In this document: positions 22,250 to 32,269 of the stretch, piece after piece
Position numbering within the stretch: the first letter of the stretch is position 1
How the letters are laid out: every line of letters begins with the position of its first letter
Assembly: GCA_965248755.1 (NCBI GenBank)
Contig: OZ252149.1
Span: 1,536,001 to 1,600,000, forward strand
Reading direction: 5' to 3'
Source: Candidatus Latescibacterota bacterium
GTDB lineage: Bacteria; Latescibacterota; CBDEFO01
DNA: 64,000 nt
The notes under the pieces: model-generated
Seen by the model: the letters and a program-made list of their open reading frames with translations, nothing else
Databases searched by the model: none
What the model was told of the DNA's origin: nothing
Program-made: the position numbers and the translations under genes

Positions 22250-22824
22250 TCCTGTATCCTCCTGATTATCGAACTTAAGCGGTGGTAGTCGTCCCTTATG
22301 AGCCGTGAGAGTTCCTTACCCGTCCTGACCAAGTATTCGGACTCACCTCTGTGCGCCGCGAGGGCGTTCTTGACTACGGCGATTATGAGTTCATCTGTGG
22401 GCGTGCTCTTATAGCCGTTCAGAATAGTCCTCAAAAAGTCCCAGTTTGAAGTGAAATCCCTGACCTCTCCCGGGGAGCACAAATGGACGAAATTATGAAT
22501 GTGTGGCGGTTGAGGAGGGAGATACTGCTTGGGTTCTACGTCGTTGTGATAGCCCACAATGATGGCCTCAAACTCCGTCTTTAGAAGCTCGAATATCTGA
22601 GGCTGTTCCATCCTGAGTTCTTCTTCGCTCTTGCCGTAGGCTGTGGGCCTCCTGTTCGGCTCTATCGAGTGTGTGGAGGTGTTGCAGACGATCCCGAATA
22701 TAGTGGGCTTCGAGTCCGTCTTCACAAATGCCCCAAAAGAAGGCGACTTGTGCAATTCACGCGTCTCAGCCGTAAAGTGAACCGTGCTGCTTTCGATGAT
22801 CTCCCCGATGTAATCTTCTTCCAT
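22246..22824 (-). CDS. HAS-barrel domain protein
   Basis: IGEIIESS..PSFGAFV..YLPPQPP; lies between nurA and herA. Confidence 0.75.
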   Translation of the reverse strand: MEEDYIGEIIESSTVHFTAETRELHKSPSFGAFVKTDSKPTIFGIVCNTSTHSIEPNRRPTAYGKSEEELRMEQPQIFELLKTEFEAIIVGYHNDVEPKQYLPPQPPHIHNFVHLCSPGEVRDFTSNWDFLRTILNGYKSTPTDELIIAVVKNALAAHRGESEYLVRTGKELSRLIRDDYHRLSSIIRRIQD

Positions 22825-22863
22825 AAGCGCTTCGCCCCTTCAAAATATAGTAAACAGTCGTCG

Positions 22864-22938
22864 GTAGAACAGACATTCTTGTCTGTTCAGTAGACAGGGC
22901 ATCTCACTCCCAATGTCAGACAGGAATGTCTGACCTAC
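22864..22938. repeat. REP-like inverted pair, GTAG-headed CAGACA(TTCT)TGTCTG family
   Basis: GTAGAACAGACATTCTTGTCTGTTC ... TCAGACAGGAATGTCTGACCTAC; related copies near 25886, 30157 and 30194. Confidence 0.75.
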
Positions 22939-22942
22939 TTGT

Positions 22943-24136
22943 TTATACTGTCGGCCCCAGCTTTTTCAGACTCTTTGCTGAAATGGCGGTCTTAATGTCG
23001 TTTTTGACCAAAGCGTCTCTTAAGAATTGGTAGAAAATATCTCTGTCTTTTCCTCTGACCACTGCTTTTTCGTGAGCTTCCGAGAGCACTATCGGATAGC
23101 CCGATCCCTTTTGGGCTTGATCACAGATGACAGAGTGGACAAGCTCCAAGAGTCTCTCGTCCTCGGCTACCCAACCAGGTATCTCGACTCTGGCTATCTC
23201 CCAACCTGCGTTTACGTAGAAGAAGAAGACTCTGTGAACTTCGTATTCATTCAGTACCCTGGAGGAACTTGCAAAGACGGGAGACCTTTCACCTTCTTTC
23301 AGAACTCGGGAGAAGAGAAGACCGTCCGTTACGCCTTCAATCGGCTCACAGGGAAGCTGGGGGATTATGCTATTTTCCACCTCTTCTTTCCACGGGCACC
23401 TGTCGCAGTCGGCTGCCTCTAAAGGGCATAAGCCCACTCTAAGCGTGTTGATGACGTCCGCACTTCCGGGATGGCTTATGTATCCGGCAAGAGGGACATC
23501 CGCCTCTTTGATCCGGTCGAAGGAATCCAAAAAGGGTTTGAGAGCCTGTCCTTTGAAGTCGGGAGGCGTGCCCTCAAGAGTCCACATGATCAGCGTCCCG
23601 TCTGAGAGAGCCACAGCGGTTCTGTCCTCAGAGGCTGCGGTTTCGGAAAGATCCGCCAGCGCCTTAAATTCCAGCGATCCCCTCTTTATAGCCAGAAACT
23701 CGCTGTTCATAAACGACCTCCTGCCTCCCCATGTCTGATAGAGGTCTTTCTCTCTGTAGAACAGCGAAGGCTCGCAGGTGAGGAGTGGCCGCTCTCCTGT
23801 CCCATAGTGGATCATTACAGAGCCGATATTTATCAGATAGCAGGATGAAACCTCGTGTCGGTCTGGGAATATCTGAGAGCCATCCGTCGCCGCAACGGTA
23901 ACCTCTTTAGGCCTTTCCGGCTTCGGATACGACTGCTTCAAAGGTCCCGAGATCCCTGCAAGAAGCCAGGAAGTCTTACTCCTTTCGACCTTATCCGAAA
24001 GCTCCTGCCACTTTGCCGACCACTCTATGAGCAGATTGTAGGCAGTTTCCATCTTATCGAGGAAGGTGTTCTGGCTCTCCTTCTGCTCCTTGGCCATCTG
24101 GTCTATCTGTCTTTTAACTATCGCAAGGTCTAACAT
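22943..24136 (-). CDS. nurA: NurA nuclease
   Basis: ATDGSQI, DGTL, GYPIVLSEAHEKA motifs. Confidence 0.88.
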   Translation of the reverse strand: MLDLAIVKRQIDQMAKEQKESQNTFLDKMETAYNLLIEWSAKWQELSDKVERSKTSWLLAGISGPLKQSYPKPERPKEVTVAATDGSQIFPDRHEVSSCYLINIGSVMIHYGTGERPLLTCEPSLFYREKDLYQTWGGRRSFMNSEFLAIKRGSLEFKALADLSETAASEDRTAVALSDGTLIMWTLEGTPPDFKGQALKPFLDSFDRIKEADVPLAGYISHPGSADVINTLRVGLCPLEAADCDRCPWKEEVENSIIPQLPCEPIEGVTDGLLFSRVLKEGERSPVFASSSRVLNEYEVHRVFFFYVNAGWEIARVEIPGWVAEDERLLELVHSVICDQAQKGSGYPIVLSEAHEKAVVRGKDRDIFYQFLRDALVKNDIKTAISAKSLKKLGPTV

Positions 24137-24175
24137 TTTCGTTGGCTTCCTGTTCTACGTTCACTGCCAAATTCT

Positions 24176-24748
24176 TCACACAATAGACTCATAATAGTAC
24201 TGTCTGCCGCCTCCCTGGACGTTCGGGTCTTTCACCCGATAGGTCAATCCCATCTTCTGAAGGGCGTTGAGCCTGTTGCAGGCGATGTTGACGTTCTTTT
24301 TCAGGGCTTTAGATAATTGAGTTGATGTGAGTTTCTTCTTCTTCAGTAGTATCTCCAGAGCCTCCCTGTTCGGAGGCTTCAATTCTCCCATTATCTCGAT
24401 CTTTTCCCCTCCCCGATTGAATCTATCGGGGATCAAAAGGACGGCAAGGTCCCTTATCTTAAGCACCGCCTCTATGGTCTCTTTAACTGAAGGATTGGCT
24501 CCGACTATGAAGATGAATTTAGAGCCTAACTCACCGCTTCTGATCCTCAATATGAGCTTGGTCAGGAATTCATCGGCGCAGGAAATATCCAAAAATTCTA
24601 TACCTGAAAAATTAAGCGGGACGACTGTGTTCGCTTCGGCTCTTGCTATGTGCGCCATGAGGTCGTCTAGAATTTCCTGTCCCTTCTTCCTTCCACTTAG
24701 AATGGTATTATCTGAAGTAACAACATAGGGTTGGGCATGACTAAGCAT
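24176..24748 (-). CDS. STAS-like (DUF4325-type) domain plus C-terminal winged HTH
   Basis: LNFSGIEFLDISCADE STAS-like segment; LTSTQLSKAL..NRLNAL..GL wHTH. Confidence 0.65.
   Translation of the reverse strand: MLSHAQPYVVTSDNTILSGRKKGQEILDDLMAHIARAEANTVVPLNFSGIEFLDISCADEFLTKLILRIRSGELGSKFIFIVGANPSVKETIEAVLKIRDLAVLLIPDRFNRGGEKIEIMGELKPPNREALEILLKKKKLTSTQLSKALKKNVNIACNRLNALQKMGLTYRVKDPNVQGGGRQYYYESIV
24412..24430. repeat. 19 bp palindrome CCCGATTGAATCTATCGGG (representative copy)
   Basis: Exact or near copies at 18621, 24412, 24889, 28571, 59415, 62242 and 62322. Confidence 0.9.
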
Positions 24749-24948
24749 GGTTTTACCCCACTTGTTCAGTTTAACTTAATTTAATTAAACTATAAAGATA
24801 AAAAAAATACTTCGGATGTCAAGCATTTTCTGAGACTTTTTGCATTTAGCATGAAAATGCGCTTTACAGATGTCTACGAGATTGCTTGCCCGATTGAATC
24901 TATCGGGGATCGCTCGCAATGACGGCTTAGGGGGAGACGGTCCGCTGT

Positions 24949-25821
24949 CTACTCTCTTTGATAGAGAGTTATGCACACCTGCGTGCCCGGAAAGGGGACG
25001 GATTCATACCTATATACCTTCGTTCCCCTTATATAGACCCTCGCATCTCCCGACCTTATGTGCAGACTCCCTCCGTGCTCGGCGCAGGTCCTCCTGACCA
25101 CGTAGAGGCCCAAGCCCCGTGTCGGATCTCTTGAGATGTCCTTCTTCAAAGCGTTCAATATAGCCGTCGCATGGCTCCATTTTGAGACATCAAACCTTGA
25201 AGATAGACTCTTTCTTATCCCGATTCCAAGATCTACCACAGAAATTACCGCAAATTTCTTGTCCTTTTTGTGATCGGTATATCTTTGAGCGGATATGTAG
25301 CCCCAATTCTCGCTGTGATCCAGGACGTTGTGACAGAGTTCAGCGGAGGCGTTCTTAAATTCGGTTATCTCCTTGATCGTATATCTAAGTTCTTCGGTCA
25401 GGATCGAATCCACGCGGCGATTTATAAGCTGTAAGACGAACTCCACATCCCTGGAGCTATGTATATGTGTCACCTCCAGGAGGGCTTCGTTGGCGGGACC
25501 CTCTGCGTATTCCATCCCCCATTCTCTGCCTTCCACCTGTGCGTAATCGCTTATGGCCTTCAGTATCTTCATCCGCCCCAGGTAGCTCTTGATAGGACCG
25601 AATTCGGGCAACTTCAAGACGACTCTGTCGAACCTTTCACACAGATAGCGGCCCAATAGACAGAGCATCCCCATGCCGTAGGGATCTATGAAATCCACAT
25701 TGGCAAGATCCACTATCACCTTACCGCGATCATCCCCGTTTCTCATTGAGGCGTTCAGGTCTTTCAGCACTCTGTCGAAGGACTTAGCAGAAAGTTTGCT
25801 GTCTCTTATCTTCAAGATCAT
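24949..25821 (-). CDS. STAS plus histidine-kinase-like ATPase (anti-sigma-type) protein
   Basis: VDLANVDFIDP; ELCHNVLDHS (N box), VDLGIGI (G1), GLGL (G2). Confidence 0.75.
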   Translation of the reverse strand: MILKIRDSKLSAKSFDRVLKDLNASMRNGDDRGKVIVDLANVDFIDPYGMGMLCLLGRYLCERFDRVVLKLPEFGPIKSYLGRMKILKAISDYAQVEGREWGMEYAEGPANEALLEVTHIHSSRDVEFVLQLINRRVDSILTEELRYTIKEITEFKNASAELCHNVLDHSENWGYISAQRYTDHKKDKKFAVISVVDLGIGIRKSLSSRFDVSKWSHATAILNALKKDISRDPTRGLGLYVVRRTCAEHGGSLHIRSGDARVYIRGTKVYRYESVPFPGTQVCITLYQRE

Positions 25822-26009
25822 TCCTCCCCTCCCTATCTCCCCAAGTAGACAGGGGCACTACATCCCATCCTTGAGATTGCTTCGTCAGACAAGAATGTCT
25901 GGCCATTACAAGCATGTGTTGATAATGACGAAGGAACGTAGCCACATATGGTCTGTTAGGCGACGTGGGATTACAACACTATTTATGCTTCCATCATAAA
26001 TATGGAAAA

Positions 26010-26525
26010 CTACTGTCCTTCTGCTACTCTTAAGTTTGCAATCTTTTGCCAAGTCGGGTCAGGCTCAAGAACAACGGCAACATAAACTGCATCCTCTTTG
26101 TACATAAATGCAATTTCTCCCTTTCGGAACTCTGCAACAACCTGTTCGGGAGTGAGCTTATACAAGGCCCCAGAAATTGCATCAACAGCAAACCCTATCA
26201 AGGTACCGAAAACTATAGACTCAACCACCCTACTTCCCTTGATACTACGAGTTACTGTACATTCAAAAGGCATATAGCCATAGCCACGCATCTCAATTTT
26301 AATGATGTGGTGGTCTTTACGGCTCAAGTCTGCGAAGAGGGGAGTATTACCATAAAACCTGTTGTCAATTGTTACCAAAGCCCCAGTTGGAGTACTCGAC
26401 ACTCCAACTTCTTGCCTTGTACCGTGCATGATTGTTGAACAACCCACTAGCACCACAATGCAAAAAATAGCTGTAAAGGCACTAATGTACTTACCTCTAC
26501 GTGTCATCGTACTGCCCTCCTCCAC
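26010..26525 (-). CDS. PEGA-domain lipoprotein
   Basis: LVGC lipobox; SSTPTGALVTID..GNTP. Confidence 0.75.
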   Translation of the reverse strand: MEEGSTMTRRGKYISAFTAIFCIVVLVGCSTIMHGTRQEVGVSSTPTGALVTIDNRFYGNTPLFADLSRKDHHIIKIEMRGYGYMPFECTVTRSIKGSRVVESIVFGTLIGFAVDAISGALYKLTPEQVVAEFRKGEIAFMYKEDAVYVAVVLEPDPTWQKIANLRVAEGQ

Positions 26526-26545
26526 AGGTGTCTACTGTTTGCTGT

Positions 26546-27307
26546 CTACTCCTCTTTTCTATCAGAGAAGAACCCGCGCATTAAGTCGATCGGCAAGGGG
26601 AAGATCAAAGTAGTGTTTTTATCGACCGCAATCTCAGTGACAGTCTGAAGGTATCGAAGCTGCAGGGCGGCTGGCTCCTGAGCAATGACGGCTGCTGCTT
26701 GAGTTAATCTCTCCGCCGCCTGAAACTCGCCCTCTGCGTGAATCACCTTGGCTCTCCTTTCGCGCTCTGCCTCTGCCTGCTTGGCTATAGCGCGCTGCAT
26801 CTCCTGAGGCAGGTCCACAGTCTTTACCTCCACAGCCGATACCTTGATCCCCCAGGCGTCCGTGCGCTCGTCTATGATCTGCTGGAGCCTCTGGTTTATC
26901 ATCTCCCTGTTGGCTAACAGGTCATCTAATACGTGTTCACCCAGGATGCTCCTTAGAGTCGTCTGCGCCATCTGGGACGTGGCGACGACGTAATTCTCCA
27001 CGTTGACTATGGCCTCCTGGGCCCTTATAACGCGGAAGTAGAGCACAGCGTTCACCTTTATGGTGACGTTATCTTTGGTTATAACGTCCTGTGGTGGGAT
27101 GTCCTCAGCTACTACTCTCAGCGATACTCTCACCATCCTGTCAACTATGGGGATCAGAAATATTAGACCCGGGCCCTTTTCTCCTATCAACCTGCCCAAT
27201 CTGAAGATGACGCCGCGCTCGTATTCCCTTAAGACCCGTATTGCTGCTGAAAGGATAACAATGGCAAAGAGTATCAAAACTATCAATCCAAAACCCCAAT
27301 TCGGCAT
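26546..27307 (-). CDS. Slipin / stomatin-like SPFH protein
   Basis: [39 protein letters not shown]. Confidence 0.93.
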   Translation of the reverse strand: MPNWGFGLIVLILFAIVILSAAIRVLREYERGVIFRLGRLIGEKGPGLIFLIPIVDRMVRVSLRVVAEDIPPQDVITKDNVTIKVNAVLYFRVIRAQEAIVNVENYVVATSQMAQTTLRSILGEHVLDDLLANREMINQRLQQIIDERTDAWGIKVSAVEVKTVDLPQEMQRAIAKQAEAERERRAKVIHAEGEFQAAERLTQAAAVIAQEPAALQLRYLQTVTEIAVDKNTTLIFPLPIDLMRGFFSDRKEE

Positions 27308-27346
27308 GGCTTTATCCTCTGTTTTCTGGTTGTTCTAGTCGCTCGC

Positions 27347-28657
27347 TTACGTCTCAATCTTCGAGACCTTTAACACGGAGCGATCTGTGCTGATTACGTT
27401 CACTTTGTCCCCTTTGGATATGGGGACATCCGATTCTGCGTTCCAGTGTTCGCCTATCAAAAATACAGTTCCCTCGCCCTTTATGTCGGTTCTTGCCTCA
27501 CCGATCTTTCCCACAAGGCTCTCCGATCCGCTAAACACCTCCTTTTTCTGCGCTCTGAGACCCATGCCTACAGCTAAGATGAAGAAAAGAGTGGTAAAGG
27601 TAACAGTCGCAATTATCACCTTCCACGAGACCCTCAAGAGTGGATCGGGCGATTCAAAGAGCATTAAGGACCCTAAAGTCAAAGATATGATCCCGCCCAC
27701 GGTCAGGATTCCGTGAGTGGGGGTCTTTAATTCTGCTATGAACAGGATCACCGCAAAGGCGATTAGGAGCAACCCGGAATAGTTGACAGATAGGGTCTGC
27801 AGACCGAAGAACGCCAGGATAAGGCAGATGCCTCCCACAACTCCGGGGAGGATCGCTCCGGGATTTGAAAGCTCGAAGATAAGGCCGTAGATACCGAGCA
27901 TCATCAGTATGTAGGCGATATTGGGGTTGGAGATAGCCGATAGAATCCGGCGTCTTAGTCCCATCTGGATTTCTTTTATCTCTGCTCCTTTGGTCTGGAG
28001 CGTTCTATTTGATGATGGGAGTTCGACCTCCGCTCCGTCCAGGGAATCCAAGAGCGCTGACACGTCCTCACACACGAAATCTATAATCCCTATCTCCAGC
28101 GCCTCGCTCTCGGTTGCAGAGACGCTCTTCCTAACTGCGTCTTCAGCCCACTGGATGTCTCTATTGCGCTTTTCGGCGATTGTCCTGATGTAAGCTGCAG
28201 CGTCGTTTGTGGCCTTTTCCGCTAAAGTAGTGTCCATTGCCGCCCCTCCGGCGCCTATCTGCACAGGGTGGGCAGCGCCCACGTTGGTCCCCGGTGCCAT
28301 AGCTGCAAAGTGTGCAGCCAGCATTATAAATGCCCCCGCCGACGCAGCTCGGGATCCACTGGGAGAGACATAGACTACGACGGGCACCTCGGCCGCCATT
28401 ATTCTCTTGACGATGACGCGCATAGAGGCGTCAAGTCCCCCTGGAGTGTCCAACTTTATTATCAGACACTCTGCCTCATCCGATTCGGCTGTCTCTATGG
28501 CCTCGACTATGAACTCGGCCGATGTGGGACCGATGGCCCCGGCCACGACCGCAAGGTTCACGGTCCGTTCCCCGATTGAATCTATCGGGGATGAGAAGGA
28601 GGACGATGCTATAAAAAAGATGGATAGTAATAAAACCGAAGCTTTTTTGATGACCAT
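27347..28657 (-). CDS. nfeD: NfeD membrane-bound serine protease
   Basis: LDTPGG, RAASAG, NVGAAHPV, C-terminal OB fold; adjacent to slipin. Confidence 0.9.
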   Translation of the reverse strand: MVIKKASVLLLSIFFIASSSFSSPIDSIGERTVNLAVVAGAIGPTSAEFIVEAIETAESDEAECLIIKLDTPGGLDASMRVIVKRIMAAEVPVVVYVSPSGSRAASAGAFIMLAAHFAAMAPGTNVGAAHPVQIGAGGAAMDTTLAEKATNDAAAYIRTIAEKRNRDIQWAEDAVRKSVSATESEALEIGIIDFVCEDVSALLDSLDGAEVELPSSNRTLQTKGAEIKEIQMGLRRRILSAISNPNIAYILMMLGIYGLIFELSNPGAILPGVVGGICLILAFFGLQTLSVNYSGLLLIAFAVILFIAELKTPTHGILTVGGIISLTLGSLMLFESPDPLLRVSWKVIIATVTFTTLFFILAVGMGLRAQKKEVFSGSESLVGKIGEARTDIKGEGTVFLIGEHWNAESDVPISKGDKVNVISTDRSVLKVSKIET

Positions 28658-28927
28658 GGCGCACTTCCATAAGGATTATGGTTGAATGCCAAATGGAGAT
28701 TACGAGCTACGAATATAGCTCTAAATTCTTCGTTTGTCAAGGACGAAGCTACGAATGTCAGCCAAATGCAGGGGCGAGATAACCCCACGCCTGCGAACGT
28801 CAGATTCAAACCTTTGACTTTTCATCTTGACTTTAGACATAGCCTTTCTTTATCTTATCCTCACCGAGAGGCATCTGTTTGGTTAGCGGGCTAAGTGTCG
28901 CCGTCATTACATAAGGAGAGCAATTCT

Positions 28928-30082
28928 ATGCCGATCGCAAAAGACCTATCGTTCACTGTGGACGAATACCGTTCAAGGGTGAAAAAGGTTCAAAGTATCA
29001 TAGCCAAAAAAGATATCGACGCTATGCTATGCCACGCCTTCCCGAGTATCTGCTATCTGACCGGGATTCAGACGATCGGAGTGGATAAATACTTCATGGT
29101 ATTAGTGCCGAAAGAGGGTGATCCCGTCCTGTTGAGTCAGGACTTTGAGTCGCACAACGCCGCGTTAGGATCGTGGCTGGACGCGTGCGTCACTTACGGA
29201 ATAGGAGAGGATTACATCGAGGCTACGAGAAAGCTGCTCGACGATCGCGGTCTTGCCGAGGCGAAAGTTGGAATTGAGTTAGGCTCCTGCGGCCTCAGGG
29301 TTACGAATTATCTTCGTCTGTTAGATCTGTTGCCCCATGTCAGCTTCGTTGACGTTAGCGGCACAGTCGAACAGGTAAAGGTCATCAAGTCTCCCGCTGA
29401 GGTAGAGTACATCCGCCAGGCGGCAAACTTGAGCAGTGCTGGAATGCAGGCTGCCGTCGAAGTCGCAGGGGAGGGGAAGACAGACAACGACCTGGCTTTG
29501 GCAGGATACGAGGCCATGATCGGCGGTGGAAGCGAATATATGTGCTACGATCCTATAGTCACAGTCGGCGAGCGTTCTGGAATCCCTCATTCCACCCACC
29601 GCCGGATAAAGATCAAAAAGGGCGATCCCATCTTTATGGAGTTTGGAGCGTGCATCAACCGCTACAGCGCGCCAATTATGCGCACTGTGTTCATCGGGCA
29701 ACCCCCTGATATAGTCAAACGGATGGCCGACTCCTGTCGCGACAGTGTAAATACGGTCATCCAGAACGCCAAGCCCGGCATCTCAGGCGACGAGGTCGCC
29801 ATAAAGGCAAGTAGATGTCTGAATTGGCTGCCGTCCCACTTTATCTGGCACGGTTGCTACGCCTACTCCATCGGCATAGGGTTCCCACCCGAATGGGGCG
29901 ACTGCTCCACTGCTATCACAGAGGGCGACGATACTATGCTACAGTCGGGCATGGCCTTTCACTGCACCACCTCTCTTCGCGACCCAGGGAAATATGGCGC
30001 CACCGTCAGTGAGACCATCGTGATCACAGATGACGGATGTGAAGTCCTCACCGATCTGCCGAGGGAACTGGTCTGTAAGTGA
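28928..30082 (+). CDS. M24 Xaa-Pro peptidase / creatinase family protein
   Basis: IKSPAE, PHST, YSIGIGFPP, SETIVIT motifs; AAGGAG RBS. Confidence 0.85.
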   Translation: MPIAKDLSFTVDEYRSRVKKVQSIIAKKDIDAMLCHAFPSICYLTGIQTIGVDKYFMVLVPKEGDPVLLSQDFESHNAALGSWLDACVTYGIGEDYIEATRKLLDDRGLAEAKVGIELGSCGLRVTNYLRLLDLLPHVSFVDVSGTVEQVKVIKSPAEVEYIRQAANLSSAGMQAAVEVAGEGKTDNDLALAGYEAMIGGGSEYMCYDPIVTVGERSGIPHSTHRRIKIKKGDPIFMEFGACINRYSAPIMRTVFIGQPPDIVKRMADSCRDSVNTVIQNAKPGISGDEVAIKASRCLNWLPSHFIWHGCYAYSIGIGFPPEWGDCSTAITEGDDTMLQSGMAFHCTTSLRDPGKYGATVSETIVITDDGCEVLTDLPRELVCK

Positions 30083-30289
30083 TGGTTGATCTTTGATAGA
30101 TCTCCTGATGGTAAAATATAAGATTGCTGTGCTTTTGTCCCGAAAAATTATTGGTGGGTCAGACATTCCTGTCTGACGAAGAACCTTTGGAAGGAACAGA
30201 CAAGAATGTCTGTTCTACTATCTGGTGGAGTTAGGGGATGAGAGACAGTACCCTGTCTACTGTCTACAGAATGAAGGGAGATAGATGCG

Positions 30290-30385
30290 ATGTTGAGAAA
30301 GGATCAGATTGAGTTCTTTAGACAGCGCGGCTTTCGCCGCCTGGGAAAGGCCTTGACATCGTGGGGCGTTGAGGAATTAAGGTAG
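30290..30385 (+). pseudogene. PhyH-like N-terminal remnant
   Basis: MLRKDQIEFFRQRGFRRLGKALT..EELR followed by a stop. Confidence 0.35.
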
Positions 30386-30616
30386 GAGTTAGATTACGCT
30401 ATCCAGACGTTCTGCTCGTCCGTTCGAAGCTGGGAAGTCTTGGACTTATACTGTAAGGTGTGCGCTCAAAAGTGGAGGACTTAGAGCTTGTACCCCTATG
30501 GGCCGTGGGCAGAACCTGCACCCAAGGGGTAGAAATACAAGCCGCTTCAGGCACTGCTAGGTCGTTCCTTGGCGTTGGGTGTCATCCAAGCTAATGTCAC
30601 CAAGATAGGACAGTAC

Positions 30617-31792
30617 TTAGAAATACGTCGCGGTGCTGAACAGAATGGCTGCGCTGCTCACACGCACGTCCAGGCGGTCCCGAACCCAGTTGTACTGGTA
30701 GTCGAGCTTGAAGACTGAATCTTCTGTCGGCCGGAAATTCAGCCCCAGGGTGAGCCGCGTGTGGGTATCCCCCTTAAGTTTCGTGTCGAAGTCAACTAAT
30801 CCGTAACGGGCCACTCCTGCAAAGAACGAGCGGGGGAGAGATGGGAAGGCGCCCCGCAGGAAATCGGCGCTCCCCTGAATATACAAGCCCTGCTGCCGTT
30901 CGGAAAAGATAGTCCCCATGAGGCTCGGCGGAAGGTCTATCCAGGATTGCGCGTACTCCCCCAATACCTCGTAGCGATCGCGACGGAACTCCCCGTCGAT
31001 CGCCAGGATGGTCAGATTGCGCCCTTCGTCTATCTTCAGACCTTCCTCGCTGGTCTTGTTGTACTTTCCCGTATGCCATGAGATTCCTACTTCTCCCTCC
31101 GGAAGCGGACTGAGCGCCACACGCCCTGTGAACGCTGGACTGTTGTTGTTATCCTCTACGTTCCTTTTCCCCTGCGCAACACGTGTTCCCTCAGGACTCT
31201 CTTCGATTATGTCGGCGTTAAAACCATTTACAGCATAGAGTTCGTAGGTCAGCCGGGATCTGGCCGACGGGTAGACAGCCCCGTAGAACCCCATGCCGGG
31301 CTCCGACAGTGTCGTCGAGATTATTTGGGTACTCACTAACGGCCGATCGGTCATCTTGTTGGCTGGACTGTCGTGTGCCAGGTTAAACTTCCCGAGGGGG
31401 GTCAAGAGCATACCTCCCCGGAATGTAAACATCTCGTGAACTTCGAAGTCCAGAATAGCAAACTCTAACAAGATCTCCTCCGTCCCCTCTTCAAATTCTA
31501 ACTCGGCAGACGTACTGAAGCGCTCTGAAATGGATGCAAAGGTGAAGATATTAAACCGTTTCGGGACAAAGGTCAGCTCCTCTGTGATCCCCTCCTCTCG
31601 CTCGTAGCGGAAGTGCGCCTCGGTATAACCTCCGACTGAAGCCCTCCGCGAAGATGACTTAAACAAGTAGGGCTTGTCGTAGACGCCACCTTTGACGAAC
31701 GGACGTTCCTCGACTCCTTCCTGGGCGTACAGGGGGAGATTCCACGTTCCCATTAGCATAAACAGACCTAACCAGACAGCACGTTGACACAT
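30617..31792 (-). CDS. Outer-membrane beta-barrel (porin-like)
   Basis: Signal peptide, alternating amphipathic strands, C-terminal YF. Confidence 0.7.
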   Translation of the reverse strand: MCQRAVWLGLFMLMGTWNLPLYAQEGVEERPFVKGGVYDKPYLFKSSSRRASVGGYTEAHFRYEREEGITEELTFVPKRFNIFTFASISERFSTSAELEFEEGTEEILLEFAILDFEVHEMFTFRGGMLLTPLGKFNLAHDSPANKMTDRPLVSTQIISTTLSEPGMGFYGAVYPSARSRLTYELYAVNGFNADIIEESPEGTRVAQGKRNVEDNNNSPAFTGRVALSPLPEGEVGISWHTGKYNKTSEEGLKIDEGRNLTILAIDGEFRRDRYEVLGEYAQSWIDLPPSLMGTIFSERQQGLYIQGSADFLRGAFPSLPRSFFAGVARYGLVDFDTKLKGDTHTRLTLGLNFRPTEDSVFKLDYQYNWVRDRLDVRVSSAAILFSTATYF

Positions 31793-31804
31793 AATCGTTC
31801 CTCC

Positions 31805-32257
31805 TCATTTAGCAACAATAATATCTACAAAGCTATTATTCACCCGTGTCTCAAAGATCCGAAGCGAATTCGGCGCCGGCCCCCGCACTACCTTTCCATC
31901 CAGATCGAACGTGGAACCGTGGCACGGACACCGCAGAAAGTTTCCTGAACTTCGCACTCGACAGCCCAGGTGTGTGCAGATTGCAGAGAGAGCCCTGAAC
32001 GCGGTCCCGTCTATGTTGATCAGCAGAATGGGCCCGGCAGCACCGTCAGTGTCTACCAGAATTCCACCTCCTGACTCAGACAATTCGGGGTACACTGCTG
32101 TATCTACGACGATGCGCCCTTTCTCGACGACACCGTGGTAGACAGACATAGTCGCACATCCGGAGAGTCCATATACCGAAAGCCCCGACGCCATGACTAT
32201 CTCTCCAGATTCTATGAGAAACCTCCGCCGCGTCATACCATTTTCAGGCCGTCCCAT
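31805..32257 (-). CDS. Rieske 2Fe-2S protein with Tat/lipoprotein signal
   Basis: TRRRFL, LSGC, CTHLGC, CPCHGS. Confidence 0.9.
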   Translation of the reverse strand: MGRPENGMTRRRFLIESGEIVMASGLSVYGLSGCATMSVYHGVVEKGRIVVDTAVYPELSESGGGILVDTDGAAGPILLINIDGTAFRALSAICTHLGCRVRSSGNFLRCPCHGSTFDLDGKVVRGPAPNSLRIFETRVNNSFVDIIVAK

Positions 32258-32269
32258 ATAATCTTTCTA

